DNA of 64,000 nucleotides from Collinsella sp. (GCA_019414565.1 DXLU01000007.1:2191-66190), one strand, 5' to 3'. Shown: positions 36,241-47,220, counted from the stretch's first letter. Translations and numbers: made by a program. The notes: generated from the sequence alone by a model not told the origin.

Positions 36241-37215
36241 CTAGACCGTCTGAAGCTTCTCGACCTCGTCAAGGTTCTCGGTCAGACGCGCAGCAAACGT
36301 CGAAAGCGGATGCGTATCGAACTCGTAAGCCGTCTCGGTGGAATGGATTACGGTGCCGACGCCGGCATCGGTCAGCAGCTCCAGGAGCAGCGAATGCGGC
36401 GTAGTACCGTTAATGATGTGGGCACGAAATACGCCGCCGGTAAGCGCATCGACGGCCGCACGCAGCTTGGGAATCATGCCCTTATCGACCTCGCCGCCGT
36501 AGAGCATTTCGTTAACCTCGTCGAGCGTTAGGTTGGAGATAAGCGAGTCCTTGTCGCTAAAGTCCTTGTACAGGCCATCGACATCGGTCAAAAAGATCGC
36601 CTTATGCGCGTGGAGCGCCGCGGCAACGGCACCGGCGGCGGTATCGGCGTTGATGTTGAAGAAACCGCCGTCCTCCCCCGCCGCGACGGTAGCGATGACG
36701 GGGATGTACTCGCTATCGAGTAAGCGCTCGATATAGTCGGTGTTGACGTGCGTCACTTTGCCCACGCGACCGAGCTCGGGGTCGAGCGGCTCGGCGATGA
36801 GCGTGCCGGCATCGCTGCCCGACACGCCCACGGCCAGGTTGCCGTGATGGTTGAGCGCCGCGACCAGCTCCTGGTTGACCTTACCGCCCAGCACCTCGCG
36901 CACGATATCCATGGTCGCCGGCGTGGTCACGCGCTGGCCGTTCTTAAACTCGACGGGGATGTCGTAGTGGCTCAGCGCCTCGTTGATGGCCTTGCCGCCA
37001 CCATGCACGATGACGGGGCGCATGCCGATGATCTTAAGGAGGACGATGTCGCTCATCACGTCGCGGCGCAGCTGCTCGTCAACCATGGCGGCTCCGCCAT
37101 ATTTGATAACGACCGTCTTGCCGGTCAGGTTTTTAATCCACGGCAGCGCTTCGAACAGCAGTTGCGCGGTTGCTTCGTTGGATTCGCTCGAGCGACAATC
37201 GCGTGCGAATTTCAT
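36241..37215 (-). CDS. argB: Acetylglutamate kinase
   Basis: GKTVVIKYGGAAM ... VIVHGGG ... NINADTAAG are signature motifs. Confidence 0.95.
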   Translation of the reverse strand: MKFARDCRSSESNEATAQLLFEALPWIKNLTGKTVVIKYGGAAMVDEQLRRDVMSDIVLLKIIGMRPVIVHGGGKAINEALSHYDIPVEFKNGQRVTTPATMDIVREVLGGKVNQELVAALNHHGNLAVGVSGSDAGTLIAEPLDPELGRVGKVTHVNTDYIERLLDSEYIPVIATVAAGEDGGFFNINADTAAGAVAAALHAHKAIFLTDVDGLYKDFSDKDSLISNLTLDEVNEMLYGGEVDKGMIPKLRAAVDALTGGVFRAHIINGTTPHSLLLELLTDAGVGTVIHSTETAYEFDTHPLSTFAARLTENLDEVEKLQTV

Positions 37216-37303
37216 AATCTGCCTCGTCTTTCGTGTAGCTATCGCGCCGTACCTCGTTGCCCGCGATTGCAGCGGAGCGCGCGGGACGGTGCGCGCCCGG
37301 AAT

Positions 37304-38572
37304 CTAGGAACGGTAGTCGCCGTTAATGGAGATGTACTCGTGCGTGAGGTCGCAAGTCCACACGGTGGTCGCCGCGTCGCCCGCGCCCAGGTCTGCCGAG
37401 ATCACAATCTCGGGCGCCTCAAAACGTCGCAGAGCCTCGTCCTCGTCAAAGGGAACAGTCAGACCGTCGCGACAGACGGGCATACCCATCATGTCGATGG
37501 AAACGTCTTCCTGGTTAAACTTCACGCCGCACTTGCCGAGCGCCATGGCAACGCGGCCCCAATTGCAGTCGTGACCAGCGATGCAGGTCTTGACGAGCGG
37601 CGAGTTGGCGACGGCACGGGCAGCGATATCGGCTTCCTCGTCGTTAGCAGCGCCGGTAATGTTAACCGTCACGAGCTTTGACGCACCCTCGCCATCGGCC
37701 GCAATGTTGCGCGCCAGGCTCTCGCACACCTCGTGCACGGCAAAGGTCAGTTCGTCAAAGGCGTCAGTGCCCTCGACGATGGCCTCGGCATCTGCAGTAG
37801 CAGCGCCAGAAGCAAGCATGATGCAGGTGTCGTTGGTCGAGGTATCGGAATCGACCGTCACCTTATTAAAGGTCTGCTTAACGGACGAGAGCAGCAGGGC
37901 ATGAAGTGCCGCCGGCTCGACGGGGGCATCGGTGGTGATAGCTGCGATCATGGTGGCCATGTTGGGCATGATCATACCCGAGCCCTTGCACATTCCGCCT
38001 ACCGTATAGACATTGCCCGCATGACCCGCAGCCTCACTGACGTAGGACACGGCGTACTCCTTGGAGTGCGTGTCGGTCGTCATGATGGCGCGAGCGGCAT
38101 CGGCGCCACCGTGGGCGGAGAGCGCCTCGTAGGCAGCAGGAATGGCGGTCTCAAACGTGTCGATCGGCAGAATCTGGCCAATCACACCCGTGGAGGCAAT
38201 CAGAATCTGCTGAGGCTCGCAGCCGATGACCTGCGATGCGATGCTGCACGTCTCGCGCGCGCATGCAAGGCCGGTCTCACCCGTGGCGGCGTTGGCATTG
38301 CCAGAGTTGACCGAAATGCCGGCGATGATACCGTACCCCTTGTCGGTACCGCCCAGGTTGGCACGGCTCACCTGCACGGGCGCCGCGCAAAAGCGATTGG
38401 TGGTAAACACGCCAGCACCGGGACAGGGTTTATCGGGCACGACGAGCGCGTAATCCAGACGCTCGGAGTTCTTGCGGAACCCAGCGTGGATGCCTGCAGC
38501 CTTAAAACCAGCCGCAGCCGTAACGCCACCCTCGACGGCGCGAATCTTGATATCAAACAGCTCGGTATTCAT
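37304..38572 (-). CDS. argJ: Bifunctional glutamate N-acetyltransferase / amino-acid acetyltransferase ArgJ
   Basis: GFKAAGIHAG matches, and PNMATMIAAITTDA contains the autoproteolytic ATM site. Confidence 0.95.
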   Translation of the reverse strand: MNTELFDIKIRAVEGGVTAAAGFKAAGIHAGFRKNSERLDYALVVPDKPCPGAGVFTTNRFCAAPVQVSRANLGGTDKGYGIIAGISVNSGNANAATGETGLACARETCSIASQVIGCEPQQILIASTGVIGQILPIDTFETAIPAAYEALSAHGGADAARAIMTTDTHSKEYAVSYVSEAAGHAGNVYTVGGMCKGSGMIMPNMATMIAAITTDAPVEPAALHALLLSSVKQTFNKVTVDSDTSTNDTCIMLASGAATADAEAIVEGTDAFDELTFAVHEVCESLARNIAADGEGASKLVTVNITGAANDEEADIAARAVANSPLVKTCIAGHDCNWGRVAMALGKCGVKFNQEDVSIDMMGMPVCRDGLTVPFDEDEALRRFEAPEIVISADLGAGDAATTVWTCDLTHEYISINGDYRS

Positions 38573-38706
38573 CGTCTTTATGACTCCTTATGTCAAACAA
38601 AAAACGGACATCGGTTGGTGCGCCATGCCAGTCGTGATCATGAGACCAGCTTAAGAGTGGCGCCCCATTCGATGCCCGACTACCAAATCGTTAACAATCG
38701 AATGTG

Positions 38707-39777
38707 CTACACCGGGCACGCCACTGTGGGCAAGCCTCGTCGCTCGTCAAAGCCAAAGACGATATTGGCGCACTGGACTGCTTGGCCCGCAGCGCCCTTG
38801 CACAAATTGTCGATAGCACCCGTCGCCACCAGCACGCCCGCGCGCTTGTTGAGCGCGAGGCCAATCTGGGCAGCGTTGGTGCCGACGACCGAAGCCGTCT
38901 TGGGCTGCTGGCCGGCATCGAGCACGCGCACAAAGGTGCGACCGGCGTAGAACTGCTTGTAATGGTCGACAACGTCCTCAAGGGTCAAGGTATCGAGAGC
39001 CTGCGGCGTGAGCGGCAGCGTCACCGTGGAGAGCAGACCGCGCTTGAGCGGTGCCAGGTGCGGGGTAAAGACGACGCGATCGGTCAGGCCAAGGATTTGC
39101 TCAATCTCGGGCGTGTGGCGATGCCTGCCCACGCCGTAGGCCTCCAAGTTCTCGTCGGCGCTGCAAAAATGGGTGCGGGCGTTGCAGGACTTACCGGCGC
39201 CCGTCACGCCGCTAATGGCATCGACAATCACGGGGCCGTTCTCGGCCACCCAGCCCGCGCGCACGGCGGGCGCGGCGGCAAGGCTCGTTGCGGTGGGATA
39301 GCAACCGGCGCAGGCGACCAGCACGGATTTGCCGTCGGCATGGTCGGATGCGGCGGTCTCCAAGTCCTGGCAGAACAGCTCGGGCAGACCGAAGGCACGG
39401 GTCTTGAGCAGCTCGGGGCTCGCATGCTCGGCGGCATACCAAGCCTCAAAAACGGACGCGTCGTTCAGACGGTAGTCAGCCGAAAGATCAAAGCAGGAGA
39501 CGCCCGATGCAAGCAGCGCGGGCACCTGTGCCATGGCAGCCGTGTGCGGCACGGCCAAAAAGACCGCGTTGCAGTTCTTGAGCTCGGGGGCATCATGCGT
39601 GGTGAAAACCAGATCGCTCACACCAGCAAAGCTCGGATACACCGCGGACAGCGGCTGGCCGGCATCGGCGTTGGACGTAACGGCAACAAGTTCAAACTCG
39701 GGATGACCGAGGACGAGGCGAATGAGCTCGGCGCCGGCATATCCAGCCGCACCGACGATTCCAACCTTTACAGACAT
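38707..39777 (-). CDS. argC: N-acetyl-gamma-glutamyl-phosphate reductase
   Basis: VGIVGAAGYAGAELIRLL.HP matches, and GCYPTA contains the active-site Cys. Confidence 0.95.
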   Translation of the reverse strand: MSVKVGIVGAAGYAGAELIRLVLGHPEFELVAVTSNADAGQPLSAVYPSFAGVSDLVFTTHDAPELKNCNAVFLAVPHTAAMAQVPALLASGVSCFDLSADYRLNDASVFEAWYAAEHASPELLKTRAFGLPELFCQDLETAASDHADGKSVLVACAGCYPTATSLAAAPAVRAGWVAENGPVIVDAISGVTGAGKSCNARTHFCSADENLEAYGVGRHRHTPEIEQILGLTDRVVFTPHLAPLKRGLLSTVTLPLTPQALDTLTLEDVVDHYKQFYAGRTFVRVLDAGQQPKTASVVGTNAAQIGLALNKRAGVLVATGAIDNLCKGAAGQAVQCANIVFGFDERRGLPTVACPV

Positions 39778-39860
39778 ATCAGACTCCTTGTCTGCAGTTA
39801 TGCACCAATGCGCATCCCGCAGCCGTCGTTATGAAGTGGGTTGAAACTTTAGCACCAAAA

Positions 39861-39900
39861 GATGCATGAATACGTAAATGGCTTGCATATTCATGCATTG
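39861..39900. promoter_or_regulatory. Tandem ARG boxes (ArgR operator) upstream of argC
   Basis: TTGCATATTCATGCATT at 39883-39899 fits the actinobacterial ARG-box core TGCAT-RWWY-ATGCA. A weaker adjacent box, ATGCATGAATACGTAAAT, lies at 39862-39879. Both are 85-120 nt upstream of the argC ATG. Confidence 0.6.
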
Positions 39901-40032
39901 AAACATTCCCGACACATTCGCTTGAAGGAATTGACAAATGGAGCGGGCCCCGTATTGACCGGCGCTCCTAACGGCGCCGGGCAATACGGGGCCCGCCCAT
40001 GCGAAACCAAGTTGTTAGGATGAGCCAGCTGG

Positions 40033-40443
40033 CTAGAGCTCGACCGGCACCCATTCGTCGTGATTGCAGATAAAAGCCTCGGGATCCTCGACGCTAAAGA
40101 AGACGAGCGTGGGGTCGTTAGGCCCCTCATAGTGCTCGCCCAGGCGCTCTAGATGCTTCCACCCAGCTTCGCGCATTTCGCCTAAAGCCCGGTCATCCAA
40201 GCCGGCACGCCCGCGCAAGATGAGCCAGCCATGGCCCGGCCACCAACTCGTGGCCTCAAAGCGCTGGTTTTGCAGCAGCTCTTGCCACACATCTTTGGTG
40301 CGCGCTGTTACAAACCACAGCTTGCCGTCCTGGATCTGCGCAAACGAAAACGGACGCACATGAGGCTGTCCGTCAACGCTCGTCGCCAAATACCATGCCG
40401 GCACCGACGTCAGATACTCCAACACCGTATTCAATCCGTCCAT
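40033..40443 (-). CDS. Pyridoxamine 5'-phosphate oxidase-like FMN-binding split-barrel protein (paralog 1)
   Basis: AWYLATSVDGQPHVRPFSFAQIQDGKLWFVT matches the family pattern. It is about 45% identical by eye to the upstream paralog. Confidence 0.7.
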   Translation of the reverse strand: MDGLNTVLEYLTSVPAWYLATSVDGQPHVRPFSFAQIQDGKLWFVTARTKDVWQELLQNQRFEATSWWPGHGWLILRGRAGLDDRALGEMREAGWKHLERLGEHYEGPNDPTLVFFSVEDPEAFICNHDEWVPVEL

Positions 40444-40494
40444 GTGTCCTCCTGGCGCTAGCTAATTCGGAACGGGTAGTTAATTTGAGACGCG

Positions 40495-40941
40495 CTAGAG
40501 CTCCAGGCGCTCCTCGCTGCCGTCGATATCACAGAAGCGCGCGGCAATGTTGCGGACCGAAAAGAAAGCAAGGCGGCCGTCGTTGGCACTCTCGTGTTCC
40601 TCGCCGATGCCCACCATGTGCTTAAAACCCGCTTGACGCACCTTGTCGCTCGCAACTGCGTCGTCCTCAAGTGCGGCTTCGCCGGTCAATACGATCCAGC
40701 ATTCCCCCGGCTTCCAGCCCGAGAGCTCAAACTTGGGATTCGCACCCAGCTCCGCCCACACATCCTTGTCGCGCGACGTGCAAAACCACAGCTTACCTTC
40801 ATCGACCATGGCAAACGAAAACGGCCTCACGCGAGGCTGATGCCCGTCGGCCACATCGGTCGTGGCCAGATACCACGCCGGAATGCGCCTGAGATACGAG
40901 CAGGCGCGCTCAAGCTGAGCTGTGCGGTCGTTGTCGGTCAT
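40495..40941 (-). CDS. Pyridoxamine 5'-phosphate oxidase-like FMN-binding split-barrel protein (paralog 2)
   Basis: AWYLATTDVADGHQPRVRPFSFAMVDEGKLWFCT matches the family pattern. It is a tandem paralog 31 nt downstream of ecfT. Confidence 0.7.
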   Translation of the reverse strand: MTDNDRTAQLERACSYLRRIPAWYLATTDVADGHQPRVRPFSFAMVDEGKLWFCTSRDKDVWAELGANPKFELSGWKPGECWIVLTGEAALEDDAVASDKVRQAGFKHMVGIGEEHESANDGRLAFFSVRNIAARFCDIDGSEERLEL

Positions 40942-40971
40942 AGGGACCCCTTTCTTGCGCTCGAATCGCGC

Positions 40972-41778
40972 CTAAACAAGTTGAAGGTTGACGACGATGA
41001 CACACGCAAACAGCAGCATCGTCACCACCGCAGCCAGCGCATCCCCGCGGCGAAATGCAAGCGCATGCAGACGCGTGCGGCCCTGCTCGCCGTGATAGCA
41101 GCGTGCATCCATGGCGGCAGACAGCGTCTCGGCATGACGGAACACGCCCGTGAACAGTGGAATCGCCACACTGCCGAGCATACGCACGCCGCCGAGCGGG
41201 CCACCCGTTACGCGTGCACCGCGGCTTGCCTGCGCGTCCGCCGTCTGCTTCATCTCGGTGGCGAACTGCGGCATAAAGCGCAACGCGATGCCCATGATCA
41301 TGCCGAGCTCATGCGCCGGAAGCCCCACGCGCGCAAACGGTGCGAGCAGACGCTCAAAGCCCGCGGTGAGGTCGAGCGTCGGTGTGGTGAGCGTAATGGC
41401 GCTCATGCCGGCCATCATCAGGGTCAGGCGACACGCCATAAAGGCGGCAGAACGCAGTGAGCCCTCGCTTATCTGCAGAAAGCCGAGCTGCCACAGGATG
41501 CGCCCACTCTGATCGGTAAACAAGTTGAGCACCGCGACCACGACGACGATTGCCAGCAGCGGCGCCATCGACGACAGAACGCGACGAGCCGGCACCCGGG
41601 ACACGACATAGATCAGCACAACAAAAATTGCGACAGGGGCCAATCCGCGGAAGCCGCCGACGGTCAGCGTCGTGATCAAAAACACAAAGCCCAGGAGCAG
41701 CTTGGTGCGCGGATCCAGGCGATGGATCGCGCTATCGCTCGGATAGTAGCTGCCAAACGAAAACGCCTCCATCAGCAA
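40972..41778 (-). CDS. ecfT: Energy-coupling factor transporter transmembrane protein EcfT
   Basis: The CbiQ/EcfT pattern is present (IHRLDPRTKLL ... ASRGA). The start overlaps the ecfA stop. Confidence 0.9.
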   Translation of the reverse strand: MLMEAFSFGSYYPSDSAIHRLDPRTKLLLGFVFLITTLTVGGFRGLAPVAIFVVLIYVVSRVPARRVLSSMAPLLAIVVVVAVLNLFTDQSGRILWQLGFLQISEGSLRSAAFMACRLTLMMAGMSAITLTTPTLDLTAGFERLLAPFARVGLPAHELGMIMGIALRFMPQFATEMKQTADAQASRGARVTGGPLGGVRMLGSVAIPLFTGVFRHAETLSAAMDARCYHGEQGRTRLHALAFRRGDALAAVVTMLLFACVIVVNLQLV

Positions 41779-43676
41779 CCCTCCTCTCGCGCGACCGTTT
41801 CGGATTTGGCCTTGTCCGAGACGTTAGAAGAACCGCCTGAGCGACCGATCGGCAAATCTGCCAACTCGTCGGCCAACGACTCAACCGTATAGAGCCCGCC
41901 GCGATGCAGCGGCACGCCCGCTTCCGCGAGCGCCAACGCCATGCGCTGGGCAGCGGGAACACCCAAGCCGATTGATTTAAGCTCATCCGCATGCGCAAAA
42001 ACCTGAGCGGGCGTGCCCTCAGCAAACACCGCGCCCTCGTTCATCACGACAATACGATCGCAGCAATTGGCGAGGTCATCCATACTGTGTGAGACCATGA
42101 CGACGGTCAGGCCCCCATGGTGAAGTCGATCGATGAGCTCCAGGAAATCACTGCGCGCCGCCGGATCGAGCCCCGCCATGGGCTCATCGAGTACCAGGAC
42201 CTCGGGCTCCATGGCAAGCACGCCAGCAAACGCCACGCGCCGCTGTTGGCCACCCGAAAGCTCAAAGGGACTCTTGTCGCCCACCGTGGCCAAGTCGAGG
42301 CCCACGCGCGCGAGCGATGACTCAACGCGGCGCGCGACCTCGGCCTGCGACAAGCCAAGGTTGTGCGGGCCAAACGCCACGTCCTGCGTCACGGTTTCGG
42401 CAAACAGCTGACGCTCGGGATATTGAAACACCACGCCGACCTTGGCCTTAACCGCGGCGGCATCTTTCTTGTTTGCCAGGTCGAGCCCCAACGCGTAAAC
42501 GGAACCCTCCTGGGGGCGAATCAAACCGTTGAGATGCTGGACCAGCGTCGACTTACCCGAACCGGTATGGCCTGCTAAGCCCAGGAACTCGCCGCGACGC
42601 ACCGTCAGCGATACATCGCGCAGCGCCCACGGGCTGCTGGGGTCGTTTCCCCAGAGAGCCTGTTTGCTCGATTTGCCCGCAACGGCCGAGCGCTTATGCC
42701 AGCGGCGACGCTCGCGAGCGCTCAGCGAGTAACTATGCGAGAGGTGCGAAATCTCGATGACGGGCTCCGACGCGGCTGTCCCGTCGGTTGCAGAGGAGGC
42801 GTTGTCGAGCACACGAGAATCGGATGCAGAAGGCCGCCCTGCGGTGTCTTCCCCACTCCGGTCGGCATATACCTGCGCAACCTCGGCAACCATATCCGCC
42901 TCGCGCACCTGCGCGCAAACGGGTACGCCCTTCGCACGAAGTGCCATGCCCAAACGGCACGACTCCGGCATGTCCAGGTTGAGCTGCGCAAGTTCGTCCG
43001 CCCGCGTCAAGATTTCCTCGGGCGTACCGAGCATGGCAACGCGCCCCGCCTGAAACACCGCGACTCGATCGGCCTCGGCGGCCTCTTCCATAAAGTGCGT
43101 AATCATCACGATGGTCATGCCGCGAGCGTGCAACGCGCGGCAAGCCTTCATGAGGCCCTTGCGTCCACGCGGATCGAGCATCGAGGAAGCCTCGTCCAAT
43201 ATGAGCACGCGCGGTTCCATGGCAAGCACGCCGGCAAGCGCCACGCGCTGCTTTTGGCCACCCGAGAGCGCATGGGTCTCGTGGCGCTCAAAGCCCACCA
43301 GGCCCACGGCCTTCAGCACATCTCGCACACGCTGCGCGATCTGGGCCGATGGCACGCCAAGGTTTTCGGGACCGAACGCAACATCGTCCTCGACAAGCGT
43401 CGCCACCAGCTGATCATCCGGGTTCTGGAACACCATGCCCGCAGTCGAGCGGATGTCGTAGACCAGCTCGGAATCGGACGCGTCCATGCCGTTGACGCGC
43501 ACCGTTCCCGTATCGGGCTGCAGCAGCGCGTTCAAATGCTTGGCGAACGTCGACTTGCCCGACCCGTTTCCGCCGAGGATGCAGAAAAACTCGCCATCCT
43601 CGATGTTCAGATCGATGCCGTCGAGTGCCGGTGTGGCACCGTCATAGCTAAAGGAAACGCCCCGACACTCAATCAT
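41772..43676 (-). CDS. ecfA: Fused ECF transporter ATPase (EcfA1-EcfA2 in one polypeptide)
   Basis: Two complete ABC modules are present. Their Walker A motifs are GGNGSGKST and GHTGSGKST, and their signatures are LSGGQKQRV and LSGGQQRRV. A ~60-aa linker joins them. Confidence 0.92.
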   Translation of the reverse strand: MIECRGVSFSYDGATPALDGIDLNIEDGEFFCILGGNGSGKSTFAKHLNALLQPDTGTVRVNGMDASDSELVYDIRSTAGMVFQNPDDQLVATLVEDDVAFGPENLGVPSAQIAQRVRDVLKAVGLVGFERHETHALSGGQKQRVALAGVLAMEPRVLILDEASSMLDPRGRKGLMKACRALHARGMTIVMITHFMEEAAEADRVAVFQAGRVAMLGTPEEILTRADELAQLNLDMPESCRLGMALRAKGVPVCAQVREADMVAEVAQVYADRSGEDTAGRPSASDSRVLDNASSATDGTAASEPVIEISHLSHSYSLSARERRRWHKRSAVAGKSSKQALWGNDPSSPWALRDVSLTVRRGEFLGLAGHTGSGKSTLVQHLNGLIRPQEGSVYALGLDLANKKDAAAVKAKVGVVFQYPERQLFAETVTQDVAFGPHNLGLSQAEVARRVESSLARVGLDLATVGDKSPFELSGGQQRRVAFAGVLAMEPEVLVLDEPMAGLDPAARSDFLELIDRLHHGGLTVVMVSHSMDDLANCCDRIVVMNEGAVFAEGTPAQVFAHADELKSIGLGVPAAQRMALALAEAGVPLHRGGLYTVESLADELADLPIGRSGGSSNVSDKAKSETVAREEGC

Positions 43677-44263
43677 GCGCGGCCTTTGACCTGGTCCTTC
43701 TTGGGCGTAATGAGATTAGAGACCGCCTTGTACACCGCCAGCGTCAACACCGAGTTGAGCACGGTCTTGATGAGGTTGAACGGCAGCACGGCAGGAATCA
43801 TGAGCGGGGCGATCACATCGACCGAGCCATACCAGAACCAAACACCAATGGTAAGGTTTGCGACCATAGACAACGCCGTAGCGGCAATGACGCCGAGCGC
43901 TAGGCCAATCACGGCACCCTTATAGGTATGCATCTTCTGGTAGACGATAGCCGCGGGCAGAATATAACCCAGCGTAGCCACCAGGTTCATAAGCGCACCG
44001 ACCCAGTCACCCGTGGTGAGCGCATGGATAACGATCGCCATGGCGGCAACAGCAGTGCCGGCGCCGGGGCCATACGCAAAACCGCACACCATCGCCGGTA
44101 CCAGCGACGGGTCATACGTCAAAAACGGCGCCGAAGGAAGGATGGGCAGCTGCACATACATAAACAGGGCGCCCAAGGCGCACATCAGCGCCATGGTAAC
44201 GAGCTGTTTGGTGCTCCACCTATTCGTGTTCTCAAAATGGATATGCTGCGACTGTTCAGACAT
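43673..44263 (-). CDS. ribU: ECF transporter S component, riboflavin-type (RibU-like)
   Basis: The protein is a 6-TM S component preceded by an FMN riboswitch. The start is at MSEQSQ (ATG 44263, GAGG SD), because the ORF-track ATG at 44284 lies inside the riboswitch 3' helix (GTCCGGATGAAAG). Confidence 0.8.
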   Translation of the reverse strand: MSEQSQHIHFENTNRWSTKQLVTMALMCALGALFMYVQLPILPSAPFLTYDPSLVPAMVCGFAYGPGAGTAVAAMAIVIHALTTGDWVGALMNLVATLGYILPAAIVYQKMHTYKGAVIGLALGVIAATALSMVANLTIGVWFWYGSVDVIAPLMIPAVLPFNLIKTVLNSVLTLAVYKAVSNLITPKKDQVKGRA

Positions 44264-44269
44264 AAGATC

Positions 44270-44455
44270 ACCTGCCTCTTTCATCCGGACTCTAACCGTT
44301 GGTACTGGGATCTCACCAGTTCAGCCGGCATGCGAACCAACGCACACACGGGTCGCGGACTCATCGGCTCGGTCGCAGACGCCTCGCCTACGCCACGGCA
44401 CCCCTTTGGCACCGCCCGATTTACCGCCAGTGGGGAATTTCACCCCGCCCTGAAA
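44270..44455 (-). promoter_or_regulatory. FMN riboswitch (RFN element)
   Basis: The minus strand reads CAGGGCGGGGTGAAATTCCCCACTGGCGGTAAATC ... CTGGTGAGATCCCAGTACCAACGGTTAGAGTCCGGATGAAAGAGG. These are the conserved RFN 5' and 3' cores. Confidence 0.9.
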
Positions 44456-44466
44456 CAGCAATTGCA

Positions 44467-44494
44467 AGTGTAGCACGAGCAATCGTTCGTGCAA
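44467..44494 (-). promoter_or_regulatory. Putative promoter of the FMN riboswitch-ribU operon
   Basis: The minus strand reads TTGCAC - 16 nt - TACACT, about 10 nt upstream of the riboswitch. Confidence 0.35.
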
Positions 44495-44661
44495 GTATGC
44501 CAAGGGTAATTTGTGGCGGGGATCAGTTGCCGCAGCAGCCGCGTTCCCCACCCATCCCAAAGTAGCGCGCCTTTCGCGGCAAAGCCGCGAAACAGCGACC
44601 GGGACACGTATTCCCAACAACCAAGTCCTCTGCCCACGCCGACCTCAAGGCCGTAAACGCA

Positions 44662-44805
44662 GGGAATCCGGGGGCGTGACGGGGTTTCTCTCCGGAACAT
44701 TCCGCAGGACGCAAAGAGGCTCCGCAGCGCGAAGCGCGATGCGGAGCCTCTTTGCATGTCCGAGGACGTTCCGGAGAGAAGACCCCGTCACGCCCCCGGA
44801 TTCCC
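44662..44805. repeat. 144-bp near-perfect palindrome immediately 3' of groEL
   Basis: Outer arms are 24 nt identical (gggaatccgggggcgtgacggggt). Inner arms are 16 nt identical (gcaaagaggctccgca), and the centre is gcgcgaagcgcga. The repeat ends 27 nt from the groEL stop. Confidence 0.85.
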
Positions 44806-44831
44806 GGTGGGAGTTCTAGACCTTGTCGGCC

Positions 44832-46547
<1,716 letters not shown>

Positions 46548-46565
46548 TCAGAGATTCTGACGAGA

Positions 46566-46859
46566 CTAGGCCTCGACAACAGCGTAGATGTCATCGGCGC
46601 GCATCAGCAGATACTTCTCGCCGTCGACCTTGACCTCGTTGCCACCGAACTTACCGTAGATGACAACGTCACCGGCCTTGACGTCCATGGGGATGCGCTC
46701 ACCCTTGTCGTTGACCTTGCCGGCACCAACGGCAACGATGGTGCCGCGCTGCGGCTTCTCCTGGGCGTTGCTGGCGATATACAGACCAGAAGCGGTCTTC
46801 TGCTCGGCCTCGTCGGGCTTGACCAGAACACGATCTGCAAGCGGCTTCAAAGACGACAT
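46566..46859 (-). CDS. groS: Co-chaperonin GroES
   Basis: LKPLADRVLVKPDEAEQKTASGLYI ... GDVVIYGKFGGNEV matches GroES. Confidence 0.98.
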   Translation of the reverse strand: MSSLKPLADRVLVKPDEAEQKTASGLYIASNAQEKPQRGTIVAVGAGKVNDKGERIPMDVKAGDVVIYGKFGGNEVKVDGEKYLLMRADDIYAVVEA

Positions 46860-46984
46860 GCTTGTCTCCTCCTTTTTGGGCCGCGTGGTTATGCCACGCG
46901 AATTAACCCTTTTTGTTTGCGTACGCGTTGAATGGTACCCACGAATGGCGGGTTATACAACACGGAGTCAAAAAATCTTATTTT

Positions 46985-47220
46985 TTGGCACTTAGATTTT
47001 CTGAATGCCGGGGGATAACTTAGCAGTGGCTCCCGTGTGGCTCCGGAGGGGCGGGGCATAAGGTTTCCTGCTCGGGCAGTCCTGCTCGCACGAAGGCCAC
47101 ATTAAGTGGCCTTCGGCTCGTGCGGAACTCGCGATAAACCTTATGCCCCGCCCCTCCGGAGCCACACGGGAGCCAGGTTAACTAATTCGGACCCGGCATT
47201 CAGAAAAGTCAGTGCAGCAA
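46985..47220. repeat. ~235-bp nested palindrome between the amidohydrolase stop and the groES promoter region
   Basis: Perfect 38-bp arms lie at 47028-47065 and 47137-47174. Perfect 16-bp outer arms lie at 46997-47012 and 47192-47207. An inner hairpin lies at 47091-47115. Confidence 0.85.

Noticed and set aside
46860-46990. I searched for a canonical CIRCE (TTAGCACTC-N9-GAGTGCTAA) or HAIR (CTTGAGT-N7-ACTCAAG) element in the groES leader.
   Set aside because: No match better than the degenerate site at 46985-47012 was found. I therefore did not annotate a CIRCE feature and mention it only as a hypothesis in the palindrome finding.
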